Notes under the pieces: generated by a model
Told to the model about the DNA's origin: nothing
Databases searched by the model: none
What the model saw: only the letters and a program-made list of their open reading frames with translations
Assembly (NCBI GenBank): GCA_017963105.1
Contig: JAGCTY010000175.1
Location: forward strand, 51 to 64,050
Direction of reading: 5' to 3'
From: Lentisphaeria bacterium
Lineage (GTDB): Bacteria > Verrucomicrobiota > Lentisphaeria > Victivallales > UBA1829
Length of the DNA: 64,000 nt
Position numbers and translations under genes: made by a program
In this document: one piece after another, positions 1-9,146 of the stretch
How positions within the stretch are numbered: the stretch's first letter is position 1
How the letters are laid out: every line of letters begins with the position of its first letter

Positions 1-1207
1 ACCAGTCCTGGATGTTCTCCATCCAGTGGAAATAGGTCTTGGCCCAGCGGTCGGGATAGAACTTGATCGCGCCGGAGCGGACCGCCTCGATGGCGGGCTT
101 GGCGAGCTCGTCCATGCGGACGAACCACTGGTCGCTGAGGAGCGTTTCGATCTCGACGCCGCCGCGCTCGGAGAAGCCGACGTTGTGGACGATGTCCTCG
201 ATCTTTTCGAGGAGGCCGAGGCTTTCCATGTCCGCGACGCACTGCTTGCGGCATTCGTAGCGGTCGAGCCCGGCGTACTTGCCGCACTGGGCGTTCATGG
301 AGCCGTCGCGGTTCATGACGTTGATGAACTCAAGGTTGTGGCGCTTGCCGACCTGATAGTCGTTCGGGTCGTGCGCGGGCGTGATCTTCACGCAGCCGGT
401 CCCCTTTTCCGGGTCGGCGTGCTCGTCCTCGATGATCGGGATCTTCCGGTCGGTGAGCGGGAGGTTCACGGTCTTGCCGACGAGGTGTTTGTAGCGCGGA
501 TCGCCAGGCGGGACGGCCACGGCGGTGTCGCCGAACATGGTTTCGGGGCGCGTGGTGGCGACGACGAGGTAACCGGAACCGTCGGTGAGCGGATAGCGGA
601 AATGCCAGAACTTGCCCTTGACCTCGCGATAGATGACCTCCTCGTCGGAAAGCGCGCTCTGGGCGGCGGGACACCAGTTCACCATGCGCTTGCCGCGGTA
701 GATGTAGCCTTTTTCATAGAGCTGGACGAACACCTTGCGGACGGCGGCGCTGAGGCCCTCGTCCATGGTAAAGCGTTCGCGGTCCCAGTCGCAGGACGTG
801 CCGAGCTTGCGGAGCTGCTTGATGATCGTGCCGCCGTAGAGTTTCTTCCATTCCCAGACGCGTTCGATGAACTTTTCGCGGCCGAGGGTGCGGCGGTCGA
901 TGCCTTCCTTCTCGCGGAGGACCTTGTCGACCTTGCTTTCGGTGGCGATGCCGGCGTGATCGGTGCCGGGGAACCAGCAGACTTCCTCGCCCATCATGCG
1001 GTGCCAGCGGATGAGGATGTCCTGGAGCGTATTGTTCAGGACATGGCCCATGGTGAGGATGCCGGTCACGTTCGGCGGCGGGATGACGATGGAATAAGGC
1101 TTCTTGTCGGGGTTCGGCGTGCCGTGGAAGCGTTTGTTCGCCTCCCACTCGGCGTACCATTTCTCTTCGATTTCTGCGGGCAGATATGCTTTCGGCATTT
1201 CCGGCAT
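1..1207 (-). CDS. valS: valyl-tRNA synthetase, N-terminal ~400 codons (rest runs off the left edge of the window)
   Basis: Own translation of the minus strand from ATG 1207-1205 gives MPEMPKAYLPAEIEEKWYAEWE...KKPYSIVIPPPNVTGILTMGHVLN...ATTRPETMFGDTAVAV...KITPAHDPNDYQVG. It shows the class-I HIGH-type motif and ValRS-typical blocks, with AGGAG 8 nt upstream. It is not in the ORF track because no stop codon lies inside the window. Confidence 0.9.
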   Translation of the reverse strand, partial: MPEMPKAYLPAEIEEKWYAEWEANKRFHGTPNPDKKPYSIVIPPPNVTGILTMGHVLNNTLQDILIRWHRMMGEEVCWFPGTDHAGIATESKVDKVLREKEGIDRRTLGREKFIERVWEWKKLYGGTIIKQLRKLGTSCDWDRERFTMDEGLSAAVRKVFVQLYEKGYIYRGKRMVNWCPAAQSALSDEEVIYREVKGKFWHFRYPLTDGSGYLVVATTRPETMFGDTAVAVPPGDPRYKHLVGKTVNLPLTDRKIPIIEDEHADPEKGTGCVKITPAHDPNDYQVGKRHNLEFINVMNRDGSMNAQCGKYAGLDRYECRKQCVADMESLGLLEKIEDIVHNVGFSERGGVEIETLLSDQWFVRMDELAKPAIEAVRSGAIKFYPDRWAKTYFHWMENIQDW

Positions 1208-1318
1208 GATGACGGTCTCCTGAGTAGTATCGTTGATTCAGAATAAAAAGTCAAAACATAATATAGCACGGTTTCAGACATTTTCCTATAAAATAACACG
1301 AAAAGAGGCGTCTTTTTT

Positions 1319-1347
1319 TTGAAAAAAGGGATTTTCGGGGGTATAGT
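1319..1347 (+). promoter_or_regulatory. sigma-70-type promoter upstream of rpoN (TTGAAA-N17-TATAGT)
   Basis: ttgaaa at 1319-1324, a 17-nt spacer and tatagt at 1342-1347, about 35 nt before the rpoN start. Same architecture as other promoters in this window. Confidence 0.5.
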
Positions 1348-1381
1348 ATGAAGTTATCATAATTCAATCCGGGAAAACGCA

Positions 1382-2854
1382 ATGGATCAGAACCTCGCCC
1401 AGGGCGCCAGTCAGAGTCTGGAACAGACACATATCCTTTCGCCTCAGCATCTTCAGGCGCTGAAGGCGCTTCAGGCTCCCCTCATGGAGCTTTCCGGATC
1501 GTTCGCGGACGTCCTGGCGGATAATCTCCTGATCACGACCGAGGACGACGCCGATTTCGAGGACGAACCCGACCTGGATCCGGAGTCCGACGATTCCCTC
1601 GCGCAGGACGACGCCCCGGTCGAGAACCTGGACGAGAACCGTCTGGACTACGACGAGGAACTGGCGCGCATCCTGGAGGAGGACGACGACTGGGCGGCGG
1701 TCCGGCAGGAGGACGGCGAAAGCGCGCCGGACAGCGAGGCGGAGAAACGCCGCGAGTACATGTTCAACTCCGTGGAGCAGGAACTCTCGCTGCAGGAAAT
1801 CCTGATGGAACAGCTCGGCACCGAGGACTGCCCGCCGGACGTGCGCCGCGCCGCCGAGGAGGTCATCGGCAACATCGACGACGACGGTTTCTTCCGCAGC
1901 GTTCCCGCCGAGATCGCGCAGTCCGTGCCGTGCCCGCTGGAGACCGCCGAGGCCGCGCTCCGCCTCGTGCAGACGTTCGATCCGCCTGGAATCGGCGCGC
2001 GTTCCCTGCCGGAATGCCTGCTGATCCAGCTCGAACGCGCCGGGAAGAAAACGGACCGCATGACCGAGTTCGTGACCCGGCACCTGGACGACCTGGAGCA
2101 CAACCGCCTCCCGAAGATCGCGAAGGACATGGGCGTGACCGTGCCGGACGTGAAAGCCATGGCCGAGGAACTCCGCCGCACCTGCGACCCGCGCCCCGCC
2201 GCCTCCCTCGTGCAGTCCCGCACCGAATACTGCCCCGTCGAGGTCACGATCGAACGTTCCGGCGATGAATATGTCGTGCGCCCGAACCGCGAAAACGGAC
2301 CGCGCTTTCTGATCCCGAACCGCTACATGAAGATGCTGGACGACCCGCTGACCGACCAGGAGACCCGCGACTATATCCTGAAGAACCTGAAGAGCCTCAT
2401 GGAGATCCGCAAGGCGCTCGCCGATCGCGAAAGCACCATCGTCCGCATCGCCCGCATCATCGCGGACCAGCAGCACGATTTCTTCGACAAGGGGCCGGAA
2501 TACCTGCGCCCCATGACCATGCGCGACGTGGCGGACCGCCTCGGCGTCCACGAGACCACCGTCAGCCGCGCCATCGCGAACAAGTACATGGCCACGCCCG
2601 CCGGCACGTTCAAGTTCCGCGACTTCTTCACCGGCGGCTACCAGAACACCGACGGCGAGGATGTCTCCAGCGCCGCGGTCAAGGAGTACATCCGCGAAGC
2701 CGTCAAAAACGAAAATCCCGCCCACCCGCTCTCCGACCAGAAAATCGCGGAGGACCTCGGAAAGAAGGGGCTCGACGTCGCCCGCCGCACCGTGGCGAAA
2801 TATCGCGAGGAGCTCGGCATCCCCTCTTCGCAGGGAAGGAAACAGTACACGTGA
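1382..2854 (+). CDS. rpoN: RNA polymerase sigma-54 factor
   Basis: 490 aa. N-terminal Q/L-rich region, acidic linker, and a C-terminal HTH and RpoN box (ARRTVAKYREELGIPSS). Confidence 0.93.
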   Translation: MDQNLAQGASQSLEQTHILSPQHLQALKALQAPLMELSGSFADVLADNLLITTEDDADFEDEPDLDPESDDSLAQDDAPVENLDENRLDYDEELARILEEDDDWAAVRQEDGESAPDSEAEKRREYMFNSVEQELSLQEILMEQLGTEDCPPDVRRAAEEVIGNIDDDGFFRSVPAEIAQSVPCPLETAEAALRLVQTFDPPGIGARSLPECLLIQLERAGKKTDRMTEFVTRHLDDLEHNRLPKIAKDMGVTVPDVKAMAEELRRTCDPRPAASLVQSRTEYCPVEVTIERSGDEYVVRPNRENGPRFLIPNRYMKMLDDPLTDQETRDYILKNLKSLMEIRKALADRESTIVRIARIIADQQHDFFDKGPEYLRPMTMRDVADRLGVHETTVSRAIANKYMATPAGTFKFRDFFTGGYQNTDGEDVSSAAVKEYIREAVKNENPAHPLSDQKIAEDLGKKGLDVARRTVAKYREELGIPSSQGRKQYT

Positions 2855-5199
2855 AAACCAATCTTTCTTCGTTCACAACCAGGCACCGGCGCATCTGGAA
2901 CGCCGTCCTCTTCCTCGTCATCCTCCTGACCGCGTTCTTGTTCCGCACGTACCACTACAACACCTCCGTGCTGATGCTGAACGAGATCATCGAAGAGGTC
3001 CCGAAGCAGGAACGCGTCCACCGTTCGTTCTTCGAGCGGTTCCTTCCGCTCCGTCACAACAACTTCTCGCCGTACACCATCGAGAGCGCCATGATGTATT
3101 CCTATTCGCAGGGCATCGCCGAGGGGAAAGGCGTGCCGGAGCGCGACGAGACGCTGAAGCACATGGAGGACATCCCGCCCTACGCGCAGATGAACATGGC
3201 GCTGGAGTGGTTCCTCGGCTGGGGCTGGCGGCTGAAACAGAAGATTGCGCCGGACCCGGAGGCGTCCCCGCGCGAAAAGCTGTTCCAGGACCATCCGTAC
3301 ATGGCGCAGTGGATGAGCGCGCAGATACGGTTGTGGGCGTCGCTTACGTCCGCGCTGATCTTCCTGTGGCTCCTGCTGCTGAAATGTCCGCGCAAGCTCG
3401 CGTTCTGCGGCGGGTTCCTGCATGCCGTGGCGCTGTCGGCCATTGCGCGGTCCACGGGGCAGGACCTGGTGCGCGGCGAATTCTGCATCCCGCTGATCAC
3501 GATGGCGTTCGTGCTGGCGGCGTGGTGCAGCAGACGGGCTCGCTGGTGGAAGATGCCGATCATTTTCGCCGTGGTGTTCGTGGCGTTCATCGCGTGGGAC
3601 CTGTGCCAGATGATTTTCTCGGCGTGGGCGCTGATCGAGGCCCTGCGGGCGGTCTGCGGATACCGGATGAAGCGCGGGTTGCTGTATGCGTGGATCGCGA
3701 TCGCGGCCGCCGTGCTGCTGAACGCCCTCGTCGTGCCGTTCAACATCACCTACGGCCTGATCCATGCGCCGATCCTGTGGGTGGCGATTCCGTCGTTGTT
3801 CTGCTGTTATGCGCTTCAGAACGTGTCCCGCCGCCTGAACCTGAAAGGCGGACGCCGCCTCGCGCTGCGCCTGGCCGTGCTGCTGCTGGCGGCGGCCCTG
3901 TACCTGAACTGGACGCAGTTCGGCAACACTCCGGAATACGCCTCGAACTACAGCCATTTCTCCGAGGCGATGAAGGCGAAGATCAAGTTCAACAACGTGA
4001 AGCCCGCGAACGCCCTGCTGCTGAACTACGACGCACGCATCATGTGGACGCCCTCCATGCACTCGGCCACCTGGGAAATCGCGTCGTCGTTCTTCCCGAG
4101 CCTCATTTTCGGCCGCATGCTCCAGTTCGGACTGTTCCGGTTCCTGTTCGGCCTGCTCCCTGTCACGCTGGCCCTGTATGCCGCGCTTCTGCTGGGCCTG
4201 ACGCTGTTCCGGATACCACGGGCAGAGTTCATGAAGACGCTGTCGCGGACGTTCCTGCCGAACATCTTCACGCTCGGCTTCATCGTCGGGTTCATCTACA
4301 TCGTGCGCTACCACGAGTTCGTGATCCTCTTCCTCAGCGTCTCCCTGCCGATGCTCGTCTGCACCTATCTGCGGGCATTCCGGCACGCGCCGTGGAAAGT
4401 CGATCCCGCCGAGGCGTGTACGGTCATCTTCGACCGTCCGCGCCTGCTGAAAGTCCTCCGCTGCACGCTGGCCGTCGTTTTCGCGTTCGTCATTTTCTGG
4501 GAGACCCTGCTCTCCATCGGGACGCCCCGGCGCTACACGGGCGACGTCTCACTCAAGGAGACCGCCATGCTGATCATGTGGTTCCGCCAGCACAGGGACG
4601 CCGTGGCGGGCAAGGGCGTGGCGGCGAACTTCACGGTCGGGCCGATGCTGAAGGCGTACGCGGGGACCGGACTTGTCATGAACCCGCAGTTCGGCATGAA
4701 GCGCATCCGCGACGCCACGGAGAATTATCTGAACGCGATGTTCCACGGTTCCGAACTTGACCTGGCCAAATACTGCGGCGAATACGGCGCGGAGTACGTG
4801 ATCTACAACAAGGGCGCGTGTTTCACCTATTCGATCTACTCGAACCGCTACATCGCCGGCGCGAACGAGATCAAGCCGGACTCCATCGTCAACCTCATGA
4901 TCGTCGATCCGGACAACCTCCACTGGTTCTACCGGCTCGACGTCCCGCGCGGACTTGAGGGCATCAACCGCGTCTACACCGTCTTCAAGGTGATCTCGCC
5001 GGAGGCGAAGCTCGAGGCCGCCCGCATCAGCGCGCTCGGCCGCAATGAACTCGCGCTCGGCCGGAAGGAATCCGCCGCCAACCTCGCGAAGAAGGCCGTC
5101 GAGCTCGATCCGGCCGCCGACGGCCCGAAATTCCTGTACCTGGAAACGCACGGCTGTCTGCCGCGCATCACGCTGTCCGGCGTGGAGGACGACAGATAG
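2851..5199 (+). CDS. large polytopic membrane protein with a soluble C-terminal tail; possible GT-C-fold glycosyltransferase (function uncertain)
   Basis: 782 aa with a GTG start overlapping the rpoN stop. There are more than 10 hydrophobic segments through about residue 560, then a soluble domain ending in a TPR-like helix pair (NLAKKAVELDPAADGPKFLYL). No diagnostic catalytic motif was recognised. Confidence 0.6.
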   Translation: MKTNLSSFTTRHRRIWNAVLFLVILLTAFLFRTYHYNTSVLMLNEIIEEVPKQERVHRSFFERFLPLRHNNFSPYTIESAMMYSYSQGIAEGKGVPERDETLKHMEDIPPYAQMNMALEWFLGWGWRLKQKIAPDPEASPREKLFQDHPYMAQWMSAQIRLWASLTSALIFLWLLLLKCPRKLAFCGGFLHAVALSAIARSTGQDLVRGEFCIPLITMAFVLAAWCSRRARWWKMPIIFAVVFVAFIAWDLCQMIFSAWALIEALRAVCGYRMKRGLLYAWIAIAAAVLLNALVVPFNITYGLIHAPILWVAIPSLFCCYALQNVSRRLNLKGGRRLALRLAVLLLAAALYLNWTQFGNTPEYASNYSHFSEAMKAKIKFNNVKPANALLLNYDARIMWTPSMHSATWEIASSFFPSLIFGRMLQFGLFRFLFGLLPVTLALYAALLLGLTLFRIPRAEFMKTLSRTFLPNIFTLGFIVGFIYIVRYHEFVILFLSVSLPMLVCTYLRAFRHAPWKVDPAEACTVIFDRPRLLKVLRCTLAVVFAFVIFWETLLSIGTPRRYTGDVSLKETAMLIMWFRQHRDAVAGKGVAANFTVGPMLKAYAGTGLVMNPQFGMKRIRDATENYLNAMFHGSELDLAKYCGEYGAEYVIYNKGACFTYSIYSNRYIAGANEIKPDSIVNLMIVDPDNLHWFYRLDVPRGLEGINRVYTVFKVISPEAKLEAARISALGRNELALGRKESAANLAKKAVELDPAADGPKFLYLETHGCLPRITLSGVEDDR

Positions 5200-5255
5200 T
5201 ACATCCGGACGTCCTGCTCGTTGGCCGATCGGTTTCTCGCGGCCGGGCAGGGCGT

Positions 5256-5309
5256 CTTCGGTCCGGGCGCCGGCTTCGGGCCAGGCGCCGGCTTCGGTCC
5301 GGGCGCCGG
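5256..5309. repeat. 18-bp tandem repeat x3 (cttcggtccgggcgccgg / cttcgggccaggcgccgg / cttcggtccgggcgccgg)
   Basis: Three head-to-tail units read directly at 5256-5273, 5274-5291 and 5292-5309, in the intergenic region after the 782-aa gene. Confidence 0.9.
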
Positions 5310-5468
5310 CCGCGGCAAATAATGGAACGGCCCCCCTTACATTCCATTTTATGATCCGGATCCCGCTCCGGCCTCGAACCGGGGCGGGGTTTCTCCGTCC
5401 CGCACTTTTTGGAAAAACATTCTGTGAGGTGAAAATGCCCGGAATCGCGTTTTTTTTCGGTTTCCGGC

Positions 5469-5496
5469 TTGTTTTTCCCGAAAAAAGCAATATATT
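5469..5496 (+). promoter_or_regulatory. sigma-70-type promoter of the ferredoxin gene (TTGTTT-N16-TATATT)
   Basis: ttgttt at 5469-5474 and tatatt at 5491-5496, with spacer ttcccgaaaaaagcaa and a T-rich tract upstream. A near-duplicate of the module at 5887-5914. Confidence 0.55.
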
Positions 5497-5539
5497 AACT
5501 GATGCCTTACCCCCCTAACCTTAAACAAGGAGAACTACA

Positions 5540-5713
5540 ATGGCTGCAAAAGTCGATAAGAGCAAATGCGCCGGATGCGAATCCTGCGTCGGTGCCTGCC
5601 CCGTCAACGCAATTTCCATGAAGGACGGCGCTGCCGAAGTCAACGAAGCCGATTGCGTCGGCTGCGGCGCCTGCGCGGGCGAATGCCCCTGCGAAGCGAT
5701 CACGGTTGACTAA
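5540..5713 (+). CDS. 2x[4Fe-4S] ferredoxin (57 aa)
   Basis: Own translation: MAAKVDKSKCAGCESCVGACPVNAISMKDGAAEVNEADCVGCGACAGECPCEAITVD. It has two CxxCxxCxxxCP motifs, AAGGAG 8 nt upstream and a terminator immediately downstream. It falls below the ORF-track size cutoff. Confidence 0.9.
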   Translation: MAAKVDKSKCAGCESCVGACPVNAISMKDGAAEVNEADCVGCGACAGECPCEAITVD

Positions 5714-5740
5714 TCATCCTGCCGCTTTCAGGCAAGAAAA

Positions 5741-5766
5741 ACCCGGCGGAACGGCCGGGTTTTTTG
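5741..5766 (+). terminator. rho-independent terminator after the ferredoxin gene
   Basis: Stem acccggc (5741-5747) pairs with gccgggt (5754-5760), with a 6-nt loop, followed by ttttt. Confidence 0.8.
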
Positions 5767-5886
5767 TATCCGGACATGTCCGCGGAATCCGGGCGTTTCA
5801 TCGGGAAAACGACGGTTTCCCGCCAGTCGGCGGCGTTTCTCTTCTCCTCGAAGATGCCCGCTTTCCCGGTTTTTTACGATTCCGGT

Positions 5887-5914
5887 TTGATTTTTCCTGA
5901 AAATGCGGTATATT
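5887..5914 (+). promoter_or_regulatory. sigma-70-type promoter of rpsD (TTGATT-N16-TATATT)
   Basis: ttgatt at 5887-5892 and tatatt at 5909-5914, with spacer tttcctgaaaatgcgg. About 95 nt of leader precede rpsD. Confidence 0.55.
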
Positions 5915-6010
5915 ATATAACTCGTTTTGTGCGGCCGGCCCCCGGGATACTGGAGCTTGACGCCAGCCGCGCAGTATCATCAACCCTTCTTATGAGAAAG
6001 GACACATGGG

Positions 6011-6622
6011 ATGAAACAAGGTCAAGCGAAACACAAAATCTGCCGCCGCATCGGCTACTGCATCTGGAACATGCCGAACTGCCCCACCGTGAAGGGCCGC
6101 GCCCGCACCTACGCCGCCGGTCTCCAGGGCAAGAACGCGCACCGCAAGAAACTCACGGCCTACGGCGAAATGATGCTCGAAAAGCAGAAACTCAGAGCCC
6201 ACTACGCGCTCACCGAAAGCCAGCTCCGCGCCGCGTACCTCTACGCCAAGCGCATCGAAGGCAAGACCAACGAAATCATGATGCAGCGCATCGAAACCCG
6301 TCTCGACAGCATCGTCTACCACGCCGGTTTCGCGCCCACCATCTTCGCGGCCAAGCAGTTCGTCAGCCACCGCCACATCCTCGTTGACGGCAAGATCGTC
6401 GACCGCGCCTCCTACATCGTGAAGCCCGGCCAGGTCATCTCCATCAACGCCGAGAAGTCCCCGAAGATCGCCGAGATCGCCAAGGCCGTCACCGCCGAGG
6501 CTCCGGCCTATTTCGAGGTCGACAAGGAACAGCTCAAGATCAAGCTCGTCAGCCTTCCCACCATCGACGCGATCCCCTTCGCCGTCGAATCCATGCGCGT
6601 GGTCGAATACTACGCCCGCTAA
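6011..6622 (+). CDS. rpsD: 30S ribosomal protein S4
   Basis: 203 aa with an S4 RNA-binding domain block: RLDSIVYHAGFAPTIFAAKQFVSHRHILVDGKIVDRASYIVKPGQVISI. Confidence 0.93.
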   Translation: MKQGQAKHKICRRIGYCIWNMPNCPTVKGRARTYAAGLQGKNAHRKKLTAYGEMMLEKQKLRAHYALTESQLRAAYLYAKRIEGKTNEIMMQRIETRLDSIVYHAGFAPTIFAAKQFVSHRHILVDGKIVDRASYIVKPGQVISINAEKSPKIAEIAKAVTAEAPAYFEVDKEQLKIKLVSLPTIDAIPFAVESMRVVEYYAR

Positions 6623-6647
6623 GTCTGACAGACTTCCGTTCGTTCCA

Positions 6648-6688
6648 AACCGCCCGGACCCTTTGGCCCGGACGGTTTTTGCTTTTTT
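6648..6688 (+). terminator. rho-independent terminator after rpsD
   Basis: A 13-bp imperfect stem, aaccgcccggacc / ggcccggacggtt, with loop cttt, followed by tttttgctttttt. Confidence 0.65.
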
Positions 6689-6858
6689 CGGATTCCGGTT
6701 TCCGCGCGCCCGATTTCGGAATGCCCCTGTCAGTGCCCGCGGCCCGCAACGTTTTTTTCGTTCAAAAAAAAGGTTCTCCCTTGTTTTTTCCCCCTTTGGG
6801 TGTACATTACTAAGGATAAAAAACTTTTCACCATGTATCCGGAGTTTGCAGTTTCACC

Positions 6859-8094
6859 ATGAGGACGGCCCAAATCATCCGCCGGTTCGCCTTTTCGGAA
6901 TGGGGCGGAACGGAAAGCGTTGTCTGGAATACGGCCCGCACGCTCCAGGAAAAAGGCAATCCTTCCGAGATTTTCGCCACGCGCGCGCTTTCCCAGGTGC
7001 AGGACGAGGTGCGGAGCGCGATCCGGATACACCGGTTCCATTACAGATATCCGTTCTTCCCGCTTTCGAAGGAAAAAATCCGCACCCTTGACAAAAAAGG
7101 CGGGAATCCGGTCGTCTCCGGACTCCGGAGCGCGCTCAGAAAAGGCGAATTCGACATCCTGCACTGCTACACGGACGGACGCATGGCCGCGGACGTCCGC
7201 GCCGCCGCGAAACGGCTGCACGTGCCTTTCGTCGTGACGCTGCCCGGCGGATATTTCGACGTCCCTCCGATGGAAATCCAGCAGATGACGAAGCCCATGA
7301 AGGGGATGCTCCCCTACGGCGACATCCTGGACGGTCTGTTCGGTCGCCGGGCCGACACGCTGAAGCTCGCAAACGGCATCGTTTGCATCGGGGAAAACGA
7401 TTTCCGGTCCGTGAAGGAGCAATTCCCGGACAAGACCGCCATCCGTCTGCCGAACGGCGTGAACTACGAATATTTCCATGAGTATTCCGGGAGCGATTTC
7501 CGCAAGCAGGTCGGCATCCGCCCGGACCGCAAGATCCTGCTCTGCGTCTCCCGCATCGACTACCGGAAAAACCAGCTCATGCTGCCCGAGGTGCTGGCGC
7601 TTCTCGGCGAACCGTGGCATCTCGTGTTCATCGGCGCGCCAACGGCAGAATGGTATATGGACAAGCTCCGCGAGAAAATCCGTCTTATGAACCTCACGGA
7701 CCGCGTGACCATGATCAACAGCGTGCAGCCCGATTCCTCGCTCCTGCCCGCCGCCTATCACGCCGCCTCTGCCTTCCTGCTCCCCTCCATTCAGGAACCG
7801 TTCGGCATCGTGGCGCTGGAGGCGTGGAGCGCCGGGACGCCCGTCATCGCGTCGCCTGTCGACGGCCTGAAGACGCTTATCCGCGACGGCGAAACCGGAT
7901 TCTTCGCGCCCGCGGAAGGCGCGCCCCACGAATGGGCCGACCTGGTCCGCAAACTGGACACGGACGCCGACCTTCGCGGCCGGATCACGGATGCCGCCGA
8001 CGCCGAGGTCCGGGAGCATTATGTCTGGGGCATTGTCACGGACCAGCTGCTGGACTTCTATCAGGAGGTCCAGCGTATCTGCCGCCGCCGCTGA
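6859..8094 (+). CDS. glycosyltransferase, GT4 / family-1 fold
   Basis: 411 aa. The C-terminal half carries the typical GT4 block LLPSIQEPFGIVALEAWSAGTPVIASPVDGLKTLIRDGETGFF. Confidence 0.85.
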   Translation: MRTAQIIRRFAFSEWGGTESVVWNTARTLQEKGNPSEIFATRALSQVQDEVRSAIRIHRFHYRYPFFPLSKEKIRTLDKKGGNPVVSGLRSALRKGEFDILHCYTDGRMAADVRAAAKRLHVPFVVTLPGGYFDVPPMEIQQMTKPMKGMLPYGDILDGLFGRRADTLKLANGIVCIGENDFRSVKEQFPDKTAIRLPNGVNYEYFHEYSGSDFRKQVGIRPDRKILLCVSRIDYRKNQLMLPEVLALLGEPWHLVFIGAPTAEWYMDKLREKIRLMNLTDRVTMINSVQPDSSLLPAAYHAASAFLLPSIQEPFGIVALEAWSAGTPVIASPVDGLKTLIRDGETGFFAPAEGAPHEWADLVRKLDTDADLRGRITDAADAEVREHYVWGIVTDQLLDFYQEVQRICRRR

Positions 8095-8366
8095 CGTTCT
8101 TCTGCCGTTCCGCGTACGGGCTCAAGCCGATCGACAGCCGGAAGCGGCAGGTCGGAAAAGGTCGGAAAAAGAAAGCATTCCGCCCGGAGTTGAACCGGTG
8201 TGAACGTTCGAAAACGCCCGTGCGGACCCCCGCACTGCTGGAATGCCATGTTTTTTGATTTACTGCCGGACTATGGGATAATCAAGCGGTTTTGTCAGGA
8301 TAACAGAAAAACGGAGCGGCGTCCGATGGCGGGAACCCGCCGAACGGGACACGAAACCGTAAGCGC

Positions 8367-9146
8367 TCACATGTTGGTCGGGATATCGACGAACGCGGTT
8401 TCGATGCCGAATTTCGATTTCACGAGGTCCATGGCGGCGAACACGCCGGGCGTTTCGGACCGGTAGTGCCCGAGCGTGAGGATCGCGGTCCCGTATTCCT
8501 TCGCCGGGTGGAAGACTTCGTGCGTGGCTTCGCCCGTGATCAGGCAGTCCACCGGGTCCGGCGCGGTTTCGTCGAACAGCCCCGGCCACGCGCCGCCGCC
8601 CGAAATGATGCCGACGGACTTCACTTCCTGCGCCGGATCTCCGACGATCCCGAAGTCGCCGCTCGAGGGGAGTGCCCTGTCCAGGATTTGCGCGAGCTCG
8701 GAAACGGTTTTCGTTTCGGGCAGGATTCCGCGGAACCCGATTGCCCTGCCGTGGTATGTGCCGAAGGTGCGGCGCTCGGCGAGCCCGATCATATCCGAAA
8801 GGCGCGCGTTGTGTCCGAAGCGCGGATTCGCGTCGAGCGGAAGATGCGCGGCGTAGAGGGAGGTTCCGTTCGCGGCGAGCAGCTTGACGCGGTCCGCCAG
8901 GATGCCGTCGATGCGGCGGATTCCGGATCCCCATGAGATGCCGTGATGGACGAAGACGAACTCGGCGTCGAGGTCGGCGGCCTTGCAGAAGAGTTCGGCG
9001 GAGGCATCCACGGCGAAGACCGCTTTCGCGATTTCGGCGTCGCCCTCGAACTGGAGCCCGTTGTTGGACGGGTCGTCGGGCCACTGGTCGAGTTCGAGGA
9101 TTTGGTCGAGGAAACGGACGAGGTTATTCCGGGAAACTGTTTTCAT
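8367..9146 (-). CDS. Nif3-like dinuclear metal-centre protein (YbgI / GTP cyclohydrolase 1 type 2 family)
   Basis: 259 aa with family-typical blocks: NGLQFEG...VFVHHGISWG...LYAAHLPLDANP...ITGEATHEVFHPAKEYG...LGHYRSE. Confidence 0.85.
   Translation of the reverse strand: MKTVSRNNLVRFLDQILELDQWPDDPSNNGLQFEGDAEIAKAVFAVDASAELFCKAADLDAEFVFVHHGISWGSGIRRIDGILADRVKLLAANGTSLYAAHLPLDANPRFGHNARLSDMIGLAERRTFGTYHGRAIGFRGILPETKTVSELAQILDRALPSSGDFGIVGDPAQEVKSVGIISGGGAWPGLFDETAPDPVDCLITGEATHEVFHPAKEYGTAILTLGHYRSETPGVFAAMDLVKSKFGIETAFVDIPTNM

Noticed and set aside
26-1246. 406-aa plus-strand ORF at the left edge
   Set aside because: The opposite strand encodes an unmistakable ValRS N-terminus, which is absent from the track only because it has no in-window stop. 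The plus-strand product is low-complexity.
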